Shown here piece after piece: positions 48,635 through 57,973 of a DNA stretch of 64,000 nucleotides. Made by a program: the position numbers and the translations under genes. The notes under the pieces are model-generated. The model was not told the DNA's origin, did no database searches, and saw nothing but the letters and a program-made list of their open reading frames with translations. Positions within the stretch are counted from its first letter, which is position 1; each line of letters begins with the position of its first letter. Source of the DNA: an uncultured archaeon (GTDB taxonomy: Archaea > Asgardarchaeota > Thorarchaeia > Thorarchaeales > Thorarchaeaceae); the NCBI GenBank assembly GCA_964458565.1, contig CAYWJO010000003.1, positions 1 through 64,000 on the forward strand, read 5' to 3'.

Positions 48635-51378
48635 GATCTTCTTCGATTTACACAGACTGCAAGAATAATGATACTCAATACTATCATTAACAAAGCTGCA
48701 AGTAACAAATAATCCGGACCTTCAGATATAGTACCTGTAGTCGACGTTTCAGTCGTTGACGAAGTACTGCTTGTAGATGTGTGAGGTAGGGTTGATGGTG
48801 CTGTTGTGGTTATGACGGTCGTTGTTGTTGTCCCCGATGGAGTTGTTTCACTTGGAGTACTTGTTGATGTTGTGCCAGAAGGCGTAGTAGATGTTACTAA
48901 TGCCGCAACAGTATAGTTGTATTCATCACTATAATTGGAATTTCCTAAAGTATCATTTGCAAAGAATTTGTAATGAATCACAGTACCTGCAGGATGATCA
49001 GGGATAATTCCAATGTACACATCATCTGAAACGATGTACAATGTACTCGTATTGAACCAACCTGTAGTGTTCATGAATGACAAAAGCACTGTATCAATCC
49101 CAGAGGGATCGTTAACTGTGATGTTAACTAATACAATGAATCTATCAAACGGAACTGCAGGATCAGTTATCGGAATTCCAAAAGTGGGACCTGATGTATC
49201 AAGAAGAATGTCTTCATAAGCAGCGGTGACATTGAGTTTGCCATAACCCCAGATATTGTTAGGAACATTACCTGTAAAGGCGTCATTATTAGATGTGCGG
49301 GTTATGATGTCCATCATCTGAGAACCTGATGTAGGATCATATTGTAGCAATAATGCAGCAGCTCCAGCTACATGCGGACCAGAAGCGCTTGTACCACTAA
49401 AAAGTCGATACCCCCCAAATTTTCTTGTGAAATCTAAGAGGTCCTCAGCATTGAACCATGACTCCCAGACGGAGGCATTTGTATAATCGGAAATAATATC
49501 ATATCCTCCAGGAGCACTAATACTCAATTTGGGACTTTCGTCGATTCTGGGACCTCTTGATGAAAAGCCTGCTATATCGTAAAGAGTGTCTGGACCGTTC
49601 CAAATTGAGTGCAGAAGATCTCTGGTTCGATAGCTAGCAACACTAATTGCCTGAGTTGCAGTTGAAGGCCATGTTATTTCATAATCATCTGAAACGTCCG
49701 TTTTCCAGATAGCGCCACCAGTCCATGAACTTTTATCATCTGAAATATATGCATGGAAAGTTGTTGGAAGAGGACTGGTCACATCTACTGAGTACCACGG
49801 AGCTACCACTGTTTGTGGCAATGTCCCACTTATGCGAATTGCAAGCATACTCGTACTGCTATTGGAAATAGATGTAAATGATTCAACAAGTATTCCTCCA
49901 CCCACCCATATTATCATAGGCTCGACAAACCAATTCCACATTCCTATTCCTGGATGGAGATAGACAGTTTGAATGGGACCAGCAAGCCACAGAGTCACAC
50001 TGAAATTGCACGATTGGAAATCCGTATCATTGATTGATAATATGGTGATGTAAACGGTTTCAATATCCTCTACAATGTATTCTCCTTCTGCCGGTGGACC
50101 TCCGGGTGGAGGTATACTAAAGTCAACGCTATATTGGGAATCTGCGATTGTGTTGAACAATGCATGTTTGTCCTTGCCACCAAGATTACCGCTTGGTGCA
50201 ATAACAGGAATCCCTTGGGCCACAATCCAGTCAATCAACACCTCAGTACTTGAGCTTCCATCAAGAAATTGGTATGTCCAAGAACCAATCTCAACAAGGA
50301 TGACGCCTGCACCGTAATTGTAAGCCCATAGAAGACCTTCTTGAACAGTCAGATACGAACCCGGTTGACCTAGAACTTTTATCATCATCAATTCTGCACC
50401 CGGAGCAACGCCAACATATTTACGATGGCCTAGCTGACCACCAAGTAAGATACCTGAAACTGCTGTTCCATGACCATCAGTATCTTCATGAGTGCATATT
50501 GTGAAATTCTGGCTACGCTCCCAAACAGTCAATGTTCCAGTTATCTTTTCTACAATATAACGTGTCTTCGGAGTTGATAAGCGAATAACAGTTTCATTCA
50601 CATCTAATGCATCATTCTGATTAGTATCATTGACTACGAAAAATGGTTCACCTATGTCGGGAATGCCATTAAGATTAACAGACTCGGTCCATATCCAGTC
50701 AAGAGAAGCATTGAAAGTACCATCCTGATCCATATCAATGAAAGTCACCATTTCATCACTAGTTGAGGCATGATCACCATTCAAGTCAATATAATCAGTG
50801 ATATTTTCTAATATCTCATCGCCATCATCGGTCCAGTTATAAGAAGGACCATCAGCAAACCAAAGGTCTGGATGAGTCCAATCTACACCAGAATCAAGGT
50901 CAGCGATTAATAATCCCTCACCAGTTAATGGTTTTCCTATTGTATCTAATTGATTCTGGACATAGTCAGCATCGATTTCTGGAATCGATACGTCTCTTGG
51001 TGATTCAAGATGTTCCGCAGATGTCTGTGGGCTGATTGCATCCAAGACTCCTGCCTTGAGAAGTTCATCCAACCCATCAGGAGAACCACGGAGTAAGTAG
51101 TAGTCACCAAAGTTGCTGTCTGATGCTGAACCAAAACTAAACTCAATTTCTAGCGAGTTTAAGATATTGAGAATGTTATAGTCAAGTGGTGTAGAGAATT
51201 TAACAACAACCGGAATCTCATCGCCAAATTGCTCTGTTAATGAATGGAAATTGATATTGGTAATGGGTTTATTTCGCATTTCATCAACTATTCGATCATC
51301 ACCATTTTCATCTATTGGATATACTGGAATGAATATCAATACTAGAATCAGTAGCGTGCATGCTAAGGATTTTCTCAC
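48631..51378 (-). CDS. Membrane-anchored S8 serine protease (Csp-like, third paralogue)
   Basis: Signal peptide; LDSG / HGTAV / PSGN / SGTSASGP; DxNxD repeats; Ig-like domain, S/T-rich stalk, TM, RRRS. Confidence 0.88.
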   Translation of the reverse strand: MRKSLACTLLILVLIFIPVYPIDENGDDRIVDEMRNKPITNINFHSLTEQFGDEIPVVVKFSTPLDYNILNILNSLEIEFSFGSASDSNFGDYYLLRGSPDGLDELLKAGVLDAISPQTSAEHLESPRDVSIPEIDADYVQNQLDTIGKPLTGEGLLIADLDSGVDWTHPDLWFADGPSYNWTDDGDEILENITDYIDLNGDHASTSDEMVTFIDMDQDGTFNASLDWIWTESVNLNGIPDIGEPFFVVNDTNQNDALDVNETVIRLSTPKTRYIVEKITGTLTVWERSQNFTICTHEDTDGHGTAVSGILLGGQLGHRKYVGVAPGAELMMIKVLGQPGSYLTVQEGLLWAYNYGAGVILVEIGSWTYQFLDGSSSTEVLIDWIVAQGIPVIAPSGNLGGKDKHALFNTIADSQYSVDFSIPPPGGPPAEGEYIVEDIETVYITILSINDTDFQSCNFSVTLWLAGPIQTVYLHPGIGMWNWFVEPMIIWVGGGILVESFTSISNSSTSMLAIRISGTLPQTVVAPWYSVDVTSPLPTTFHAYISDDKSSWTGGAIWKTDVSDDYEITWPSTATQAISVASYRTRDLLHSIWNGPDTLYDIAGFSSRGPRIDESPKLSISAPGGYDIISDYTNASVWESWFNAEDLLDFTRKFGGYRLFSGTSASGPHVAGAAALLLQYDPTSGSQMMDIITRTSNNDAFTGNVPNNIWGYGKLNVTAAYEDILLDTSGPTFGIPITDPAVPFDRFIVLVNITVNDPSGIDTVLLSFMNTTGWFNTSTLYIVSDDVYIGIIPDHPAGTVIHYKFFANDTLGNSNYSDEYNYTVAALVTSTTPSGTTSTSTPSETTPSGTTTTTVITTTAPSTLPHTSTSSTSSTTETSTTGTISEGPDYLLLAALLMIVLSIIILAVCVNRRRS

Positions 51379-51466
51379 TTCAATCTCCTCCTAATCGATA
51401 GGTGCGAACCGAGTCATAGACCCTAACGATTATTGACATATAATATCTGCATTTTATCTTTATAAC

Positions 51467-52900
51467 TTATTCAGATTCCGTTTTTTCTCGGTCCTCACTC
51501 GAACCTACATTAACAGAATTCATTTTATTCGCATCGCCAACTAACCCGAAACTACCGGGATAGTCACTAGGAGTTGGGAACAATCCAGGACTTTCATCAT
51601 CGCGAGAAATTTTCTGACCCTCATATAATGACGTTCCTCCTGCAACAAGATATGAAATGCAGATACAAATTACTAGAGGAATTACCAAGTCAAAGGATAG
51701 GCTCATCTCTAGCATCATGATTATTGTAGCTACGGGAGTGTTTGTATTTGCAGCCAGAACTGCCCCCATACCTAAAACAACAAATGCAGGTTGGAGGGTG
51801 GGATCAACAATCTCTGCAAACATAGCTCCCAAGCACGCACCTACGAAAAGGGAAGATGCAAGAACTCCACCCGAAACTCTACCAGCTACAACAAACGATG
51901 TTCCAAACAGCTTACCTAACATTAAGACAAGAAGTAGTAGGAGTGGAATACCATTTGTGGCAATGATGTTGATTGCTTCATACCCTAGACCAGCGACGGT
52001 GAGATGAGGGTCTGCATCTGTCCCAAGCACAAGAAGTACAAGAAAAATCATGACACATGCTAGAAGAGAGCCAATAATTGGATCGGCCCAATCAGGTAGA
52101 TGAACTTTGAAGATATTTCGAGTAAACATTAGTGATACTGCAAAGATTATCGAAACCAAACCAGCAATGAATCCAAAGATAATGAGCATTGGAAGAACTT
52201 CAATTGAGAAGACAAATGTTGCAGGAAATGTGAAGAGCGGTTGAACACCGGTGGTTATAGAGAAGATAACTAAGTAGACAATGAAAGATGTAATTGAAGC
52301 AAGAACAGTCGGAACAAAATAACCAAGACGCGCATCGCGTTTGTATGGTGCTTCTGTTGCAAAAAGAGCACCTCCCAAAGGAGCTTGATATATTCCTGCT
52401 GTTGCTGCCGCTGACCCCATCATCAGGAACACACCAAGATGGGGAGTGTCTTGATAACCAAACCAACGAGCAATAGTATGACCTAAAGATGCACCAATCA
52501 AGACAGCAGGACCTTCACGTCCAACCGGACAACCACTACCAATTGATACTGAGGTCGCTAATAGTTTAGTAACAGCAGTTCGATCATGTAACTCACCCGG
52601 AGAATGAGTCATCTCGATTGCCTTCGAAATACCACTTCCCTCCACCTCTCTAATCCCAAAATAAATGAGAGCTCCTGAGAAGAATCCTCCAATAAGAGGT
52701 GCGAGAAAAACAGGAATTCCAGAGAATAGCAGAATTGAACCATCTATTAGGAGTTTGAAAGCAACCATGAAAAGTCCACAAATTAAACCAATTAGTATTG
52801 AAGCTGGTACATAGAGTCGATAGAAATGTGAGAAATGTGAGAAATGGAATATCTCCCGTAGGGGAACAGGCGAGTTCCTTTCAGCTTTCCTTGATGTCAT
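51467..52900 (-). CDS. ClC-family chloride channel/transporter
   Basis: GSGIS, GREGP, APLGGALF, GGVLAS, SLY; multiple TM helices; no CBS domain. Confidence 0.9.
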   Translation of the reverse strand: MTSRKAERNSPVPLREIFHFSHFSHFYRLYVPASILIGLICGLFMVAFKLLIDGSILLFSGIPVFLAPLIGGFFSGALIYFGIREVEGSGISKAIEMTHSPGELHDRTAVTKLLATSVSIGSGCPVGREGPAVLIGASLGHTIARWFGYQDTPHLGVFLMMGSAAATAGIYQAPLGGALFATEAPYKRDARLGYFVPTVLASITSFIVYLVIFSITTGVQPLFTFPATFVFSIEVLPMLIIFGFIAGLVSIIFAVSLMFTRNIFKVHLPDWADPIIGSLLACVMIFLVLLVLGTDADPHLTVAGLGYEAINIIATNGIPLLLLLVLMLGKLFGTSFVVAGRVSGGVLASSLFVGACLGAMFAEIVDPTLQPAFVVLGMGAVLAANTNTPVATIIMMLEMSLSFDLVIPLVICICISYLVAGGTSLYEGQKISRDDESPGLFPTPSDYPGSFGLVGDANKMNSVNVGSSEDREKTESE

Positions 52901-53003
52901 AGTTGGTCCTCAATTTGTGCAATATTATTGGGAACATGCACCCTAAAGAAAGTATATCATATACATCAGATTTATCATTGACATCTAACTAAACTAAGTG
53001 TGA

Positions 53004-53483
53004 TTGGAATTGTCGCATGATGAGAGTTCTTCCAAAGGAAAGAAGTCCCTCTCTCTGGAAGAAGTGCAAGAAAGATTGGATGAGATATCTAGCAGACTTG
53101 CTCGCGTTGAAACTCTCATTGAGCGAATTGGACCTGGTTTTGAAGAAGTAAAAGATTCTGCAAGAGTTGTCAGAGAAGGATTTGAATTCTACGATAGCAT
53201 GGTGAAGTTGATGGGCAAATTTACTAAAGCTGAACGTCTTGAATCCAGATTTGGGGATTTGAAAAAAGATGACATCAGCTGGAGGATAATCCAGATACTT
53301 GATAATTCAAGACCACTCAATATTAGTCAACTAACTGCTGCTGTTAGATCCGAACGAGGTACCGCATCCAGACGTATAATCAGAGAGAGAGTAAATGATT
53401 TAGTCAAGAGAGGAGTTCTCATTGTTATTGATGATGAGGATGACAGAGCGCGCTACTTTACATTAGAAAAAGAAAACAAGTGA
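53004..53483 (+). CDS. Coiled-coil plus winged-helix transcriptional regulator
   Basis: N-terminal heptads; DDISWRIIQIL..PLNISQLT..ASRRIIRERVNDLVKRGVL. Confidence 0.75.
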   Translation: MELSHDESSSKGKKSLSLEEVQERLDEISSRLARVETLIERIGPGFEEVKDSARVVREGFEFYDSMVKLMGKFTKAERLESRFGDLKKDDISWRIIQILDNSRPLNISQLTAAVRSERGTASRRIIRERVNDLVKRGVLIVIDDEDDRARYFTLEKENK

Positions 53484-53550
53484 TTTCGATTGATTGTGAA
53501 AGAAACTCTTATCAGAGTGTTATTCACAAACATTCTTTGGAGTTTGAAAT

Positions 53551-55080
53551 ATGGCATCATCTTCTAGTAGAATTCTAATGGCTGGGATTGTAATTGTAAT
53601 TATATTTGTAGGAGTAGGGTTTACTCTTTTCTTCTTGATGATGAATCAAACACCTACAACAACAACGACTACTACTGCACCAAAAACCAGCACAACCCCA
53701 ACAACCACTTGGCCAACATCTACTACAACAACTTACACTTCAACGTTCAATACAACAACTCAAACGACTACAATTCCAACTCGGACCCTTACAATATTAA
53801 CCAGATATGACGTGGCTGTCCGATCTGTTTTTGAAACAGCATTCTTGAGTAGTGATTTCGCGGTAACGAATCATATTACGAGTATTAATTGGAACTCCGC
53901 ATCTAGTGCTTTTTGGAATGATATAATAATGTCAGGTGCTGTGGATGTTTGCTGGGGTGGAGGTGAAACTCTTTATAACCAGTTATCGCTTGAAAATCTT
54001 CTTCTAACCCTAGAAGGTCCAACGATTAACAGTATTGTGAGTCGAATCAACAATAGCTCACTGGAATATCTTCTTCATTATGATGATGATTCCCTGAAAT
54101 GGATTGGGTCTAGTATTACGTCATTCGGAATTACAATAAATGAAGACTACTTAGACACCTATTCACTTCCTACACCTGTAAATTGGACTGATTTGGGAAA
54201 TGCGACATACGGTAGTTACCTACCGTCCGTACTAACAATAGGAATGGCTAATGCACCTGCTTCCACGTCTAACCTGCAAATATATCAAATAATATTACAG
54301 AGCCAAGGCTGGGATGCAGGATGGGAACTTCTCACAAGAATAGCGGGTAGTTCCAACATATACGGAGGCTCCGTTGAAAGTCAATCAGCGTGTGAAAATG
54401 GTGATGTTGGTGTTTCAATGTCCATTGATTTCTATGGCTACCTTTCACAATTCAGTAATCCGGATTGCCGATACATAATACCATCAGATGGAGCCTATAT
54501 TGAAAGCGAACCTATAGCAATTGCCAACGAGACATCTAATATGGACCTTGCTCTTGGTTTCATTGACTTCGTGATGTCACCTCTTGGCCAATCATTATGG
54601 TTGGATGATAATATTCGTCGCCTTCCCTCAATGCAAGAAGCCTTTGAAGAACCATTAGGATTGGTAGCTCCAGACATGTACTCAGCATATAATAATACCA
54701 TTGGAAAAACACCCATGGAATTCAACATTACACAGAGTGTTGAGCTTCAAGACTCTGTCAGGTACTACTTTGAGTCGGTTTTAACAAATGCTCATGATGA
54801 ATTGGTGCAATGTTGGAATGCTATGATCCAAGCCTATTACGATCTGGATATTACAAAAGAGGAATTCGAATATTTTGCAGGACTCATGGGAGCACCAGTA
54901 ACAATTCAAGACCCCTATTCTCTGAGTAATCGAGTTTTTGATATGGATTACGCGATTGAAATTAATAGTGACTTGAGTTATGACAGCAGCTATAGAAATC
55001 AAGTAATGACTGCATGGACTAATGCTGCAATGTTGCAGTACGCTGATGTCTATTCGCAAATTCAAGCGTGGATAGCCTAA
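53551..55080 (+). CDS. ABC transporter substrate-binding protein (Fe3+/AfuA-like cluster), membrane-anchored
   Basis: N-terminal TM and Thr-rich stalk; DVCWGGG, P.NW.DL, ANAPASTS, IDFYG, EPIAI, FIDFVMSPLGQ. Confidence 0.85.
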   Translation: MASSSSRILMAGIVIVIIFVGVGFTLFFLMMNQTPTTTTTTTAPKTSTTPTTTWPTSTTTTYTSTFNTTTQTTTIPTRTLTILTRYDVAVRSVFETAFLSSDFAVTNHITSINWNSASSAFWNDIIMSGAVDVCWGGGETLYNQLSLENLLLTLEGPTINSIVSRINNSSLEYLLHYDDDSLKWIGSSITSFGITINEDYLDTYSLPTPVNWTDLGNATYGSYLPSVLTIGMANAPASTSNLQIYQIILQSQGWDAGWELLTRIAGSSNIYGGSVESQSACENGDVGVSMSIDFYGYLSQFSNPDCRYIIPSDGAYIESEPIAIANETSNMDLALGFIDFVMSPLGQSLWLDDNIRRLPSMQEAFEEPLGLVAPDMYSAYNNTIGKTPMEFNITQSVELQDSVRYYFESVLTNAHDELVQCWNAMIQAYYDLDITKEEFEYFAGLMGAPVTIQDPYSLSNRVFDMDYAIEINSDLSYDSSYRNQVMTAWTNAAMLQYADVYSQIQAWIA

Positions 55081-55082
55081 AA

Positions 55083-55123
55083 AAATAGTGGAGAAATGGT
55101 GTGGTCACTTTTACCCACTATTT
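55083..55123 (+). terminator. Inverted repeat after the SBP gene
   Basis: AAATAGTGG(55083-91)/CCACTATTT(55115-23). Confidence 0.4.
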
Positions 55124-55167
55124 CTATATCTAGTGACCAGCCAATATACTACTTGGTGAACCTTATT

Positions 55168-55554
55168 TTGAATGAAGAATATGATGATCGTGAAAAGCGT
55201 AAGAGGAAATCAACCTCAGACGATGCGGATGAGCTCAGAGCAATTGCAGAAGCATTGCCGGATCTATTTGGTGCCATCAATGAATCGATTCCGAAGTTGA
55301 TAACAGGACTCATCGGTAGTATATACAGTCCCGAAGCAGCAGGTAACATGGGTGCGGCTGTAGGCAAGTTCTATAGAGAACTTATTGATCAGGGTATTCC
55401 AGAAGATGCCGCTCTCGATATGACAAAGAAATTCGTTGGAGCATTAGATTTCAGTAAGATTATGAGTCTGGTAAGTAGCGAAATTGATACCGAACGCTCA
55501 TCAAAACGTCGGAAAAAATCCGATGATTACGACGAGGAGTTCGATGACGAGTAA
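55168..55554 (+). CDS. Conserved-looking hypothetical helical protein
   Basis: TTG at 55168 with GGTGA RBS; motif FYRELIDQGIPEDAA. Confidence 0.75.
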   Translation: MNEEYDDREKRKRKSTSDDADELRAIAEALPDLFGAINESIPKLITGLIGSIYSPEAAGNMGAAVGKFYRELIDQGIPEDAALDMTKKFVGALDFSKIMSLVSSEIDTERSSKRRKKSDDYDEEFDDE

Positions 55555-55814
55555 TGTCAGGACGAGCAATTGCCTCAATTGTTTGGACATCACTTACTGG
55601 AGGCACTAAGCTAGCTATCAAGGTATTTTGGCATCTGAATAGAGGAAAGAGTATGGTCAAGAACGGAGCGAAACATTTTCGTGGAGAACTGGTTGATGCC
55701 GGGATACCTGAAGAGACAGCTGAAGCTATCACCTATGCATTTACGAACCCGGGATTAGAAATGCTAAAAATCAGAAACATGATTAAGATGGTGAGAGAGA
55801 TAACACAAGAATAA
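55554..55814 (+). CDS. Small hypothetical protein sharing a motif with the upstream gene
   Basis: TAATG stop/start overlap; motif FRGELVDAGIPEETA. Confidence 0.75.
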   Translation: MSGRAIASIVWTSLTGGTKLAIKVFWHLNRGKSMVKNGAKHFRGELVDAGIPEETAEAITYAFTNPGLEMLKIRNMIKMVREITQE

Positions 55815-55860
55815 CTCCTCACCACTCATCCAAGCAGATTATTCTAGCATTGCTTTGAAG

Positions 55861-56328
55861 CTATTTTGCTACAATCACCGAACGATTTGAACCAAGAACA
55901 ACACGTTCAGTTGTAGAACCAGTTCCAGCACGCTTTCCGGTAGTTTTGGTTCCAAGAATTATCATGTCAACTTCTCTTTCATCAGCAATCTTAATGATAC
56001 GCTCAGCAGGGAGACCATGCTCGAGTATGGTTTCAACTTCAACATCATAATCTTTGGATGCAACATGATATCCTTCTAGAAGGATTTTACCCTTCTCCTC
56101 AAATTTCGCAAGCACAACCTCAGGATCAGTGTCAGCCATCAATGCAAATTGCTTTACTGTTGGAGTTGGTACAACATGCATTATGTATACCTTACTTCCT
56201 GTTAGCTCAGCAATTTCAAAAGCTACAGAAGTTGCTTTTGCTGAACTCTCACTTCCATCTACAGCTAACAGGAGTGTTTTTGCTCTGCAAAAGATTCTAT
56301 CAGGTTCACAGTAGAGAATCTCGTTCAT
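55861..56328 (-). CDS. Universal stress protein (UspA family)
   Basis: LLAVDGSESS, G.PAERII, DMIILG, GSTTERVV..V.V. Confidence 0.9.
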   Translation of the reverse strand: MNEILYCEPDRIFCRAKTLLLAVDGSESSAKATSVAFEIAELTGSKVYIMHVVPTPTVKQFALMADTDPEVVLAKFEEKGKILLEGYHVASKDYDVEVETILEHGLPAERIIKIADEREVDMIILGTKTTGKRAGTGSTTERVVLGSNRSVIVAK

Positions 56329-56447
56329 ATCTCAAACTTATTGAATTCTACTCTCAAATATATTGTCATTACGCAAAAAATGTCAGAGCTGACCTGCACT
56401 AAAGTTTAACAGGGGATTGCGATATATAATTCTAAGAGGTGTGTGTC

Positions 56448-57836
56448 TTGGCACGCGTGGATTTATTAGATTATTACGAAAAAGAAAATTATCCCAGTCA
56501 TAAGGGAGCAATTGCAGGACTACTCGTAGTCTTCGGCGCTTTCATTGTTCTGGGTATGTATTCATTATGGAATCTCTGGTTGGCTTATGAAACGCAAATT
56601 ATGACAATAATTAGTAGTCTTAATCTTCCTTCATTCCTAACTGATAACTTCTTGGGAATCTTTCTCGTATTAGGAGCGTTAATCCTACTAAGCCTCTTGA
56701 TGGCATTCGGTGCCTCAGCAGCTGCTCGTAGGCTTGGAGGAACCCTAATCTATATTGGTGCAGGATTGATGAATCTACTTACATGGGGAATCGTACTGAT
56801 TGCAGTATTTTCAGGAGTGCCTATTCTTCAAGCTTGGCCAATAATGATTCCAGGTATCTTTACTCTGTTCATGACACTTCTCTTGTTCACGGTTTTCAAG
56901 GATAGAGTAAGAAGAGCCGGAGAAATCATTAAGCTGACAGGACAGGTTTGTCTTGATGAAAAAGGTGTATTCGTCCCACCACTTTTCACAATGCTTTTCA
57001 CTCTGTTATCAGCCATGATGTTTGGAGCTATAATAGTTTGGTTTGCTCCGCATGTCGCTGATGTGGTGTTTCTAGGAGCAGAGGCAACAACCGAGGATCT
57101 CCTATTCGGTGGGCTTGGAATTGTAGTCTATCTATTCGTTACTATATTCTTCTATAATTTCGCATATGCCACAACATCAGGAGTGGTCTACATCTATATG
57201 CGCGGCAAAGACCCAAGTCTTGGTGATGGAGTCAAAGCTTCATTGAACGTTATCGGTGGTTTGATTGTTCTTAGTATTGCAAGTGTGATTGTAGCGATAA
57301 TACGCATGGTCATTAGAGCAGTATCGAGAGAAGCAGGACCTGGAGGACGAGCAATTGGAGGAGTAGCTGATGGTGTGATAGGATGGGTTTGGGCTCTGAT
57401 TAACTACTTCACAATTCCAGCAATGGTTGGTGAGAATCTAGGAGCTAAGGACGGCATCAAGAGGAGTGCATCACTAGTAAAGAATAACTTTGTGGATGTC
57501 CTGGTCAAGGAAACCGCAGTGCGATGGGGCTTTACTGCACTATCTCTAATGATGTTCCTAGGGTTTGCCCTTGGAGGATTTCTCATCGGGTGGATGATTC
57601 CGTTTAGCTTTGTTGGTAATGACCCATTACTCTCAGGTTTGGTGTTGGCAATCGTATTCATTATTTTTGCATCAATACCAAGCGCACTAGTCATGAGAAC
57701 GTTTGACATGGTATACATCACCCTACTCTATGTCTTCATCAGAAAGAAGGAGGGTGACTTCACCAAGACTGCAATTCCAGCATCCATGAGTAGTGAACTC
57801 GAGAGTGCCTACAGAACTGCTCAAAGAGGAAAATAA
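56448..57836 (+). CDS. Polytopic membrane protein, choline-transporter-like (SLC44/CTL or DUF6159-related)
   Basis: About 9-10 TM; FKDRVRRAGEIIK..FVPPL; NYFTIPAMVGENLG..GIKRS..LVKNN. Confidence 0.7.
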   Translation: MARVDLLDYYEKENYPSHKGAIAGLLVVFGAFIVLGMYSLWNLWLAYETQIMTIISSLNLPSFLTDNFLGIFLVLGALILLSLLMAFGASAAARRLGGTLIYIGAGLMNLLTWGIVLIAVFSGVPILQAWPIMIPGIFTLFMTLLLFTVFKDRVRRAGEIIKLTGQVCLDEKGVFVPPLFTMLFTLLSAMMFGAIIVWFAPHVADVVFLGAEATTEDLLFGGLGIVVYLFVTIFFYNFAYATTSGVVYIYMRGKDPSLGDGVKASLNVIGGLIVLSIASVIVAIIRMVIRAVSREAGPGGRAIGGVADGVIGWVWALINYFTIPAMVGENLGAKDGIKRSASLVKNNFVDVLVKETAVRWGFTALSLMMFLGFALGGFLIGWMIPFSFVGNDPLLSGLVLAIVFIIFASIPSALVMRTFDMVYITLLYVFIRKKEGDFTKTAIPASMSSELESAYRTAQRGK

Positions 57837-57845
57837 TCAAAAATT

Positions 57846-57881
57846 AGTGGTGGAAATGATCCACCACTTTTCTCTTTTTTT
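57846..57881 (+). terminator. Hairpin plus U-tract
   Basis: AGTGGTGGA(57846-54)/TCCACCACT(57860-68) followed by TTTCTCTTTTTTT. Confidence 0.65.
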
Positions 57882-57973
57882 ATCTTCATTTCAAAGAGTG
57901 ACTGGATAATTTCTTTCTTAAGTGACGATATCATGTCGGGAACTTGTAGAAATTCCATTATGGATGGTTAAAG

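Noticed and set aside
52823-52848. 9-bp tandem repeat (GAAATGTGA) at the ClC 5' end encoding FSHFSHF
   Set aside because: Fewer than three copies and in frame; probably a minor local duplication
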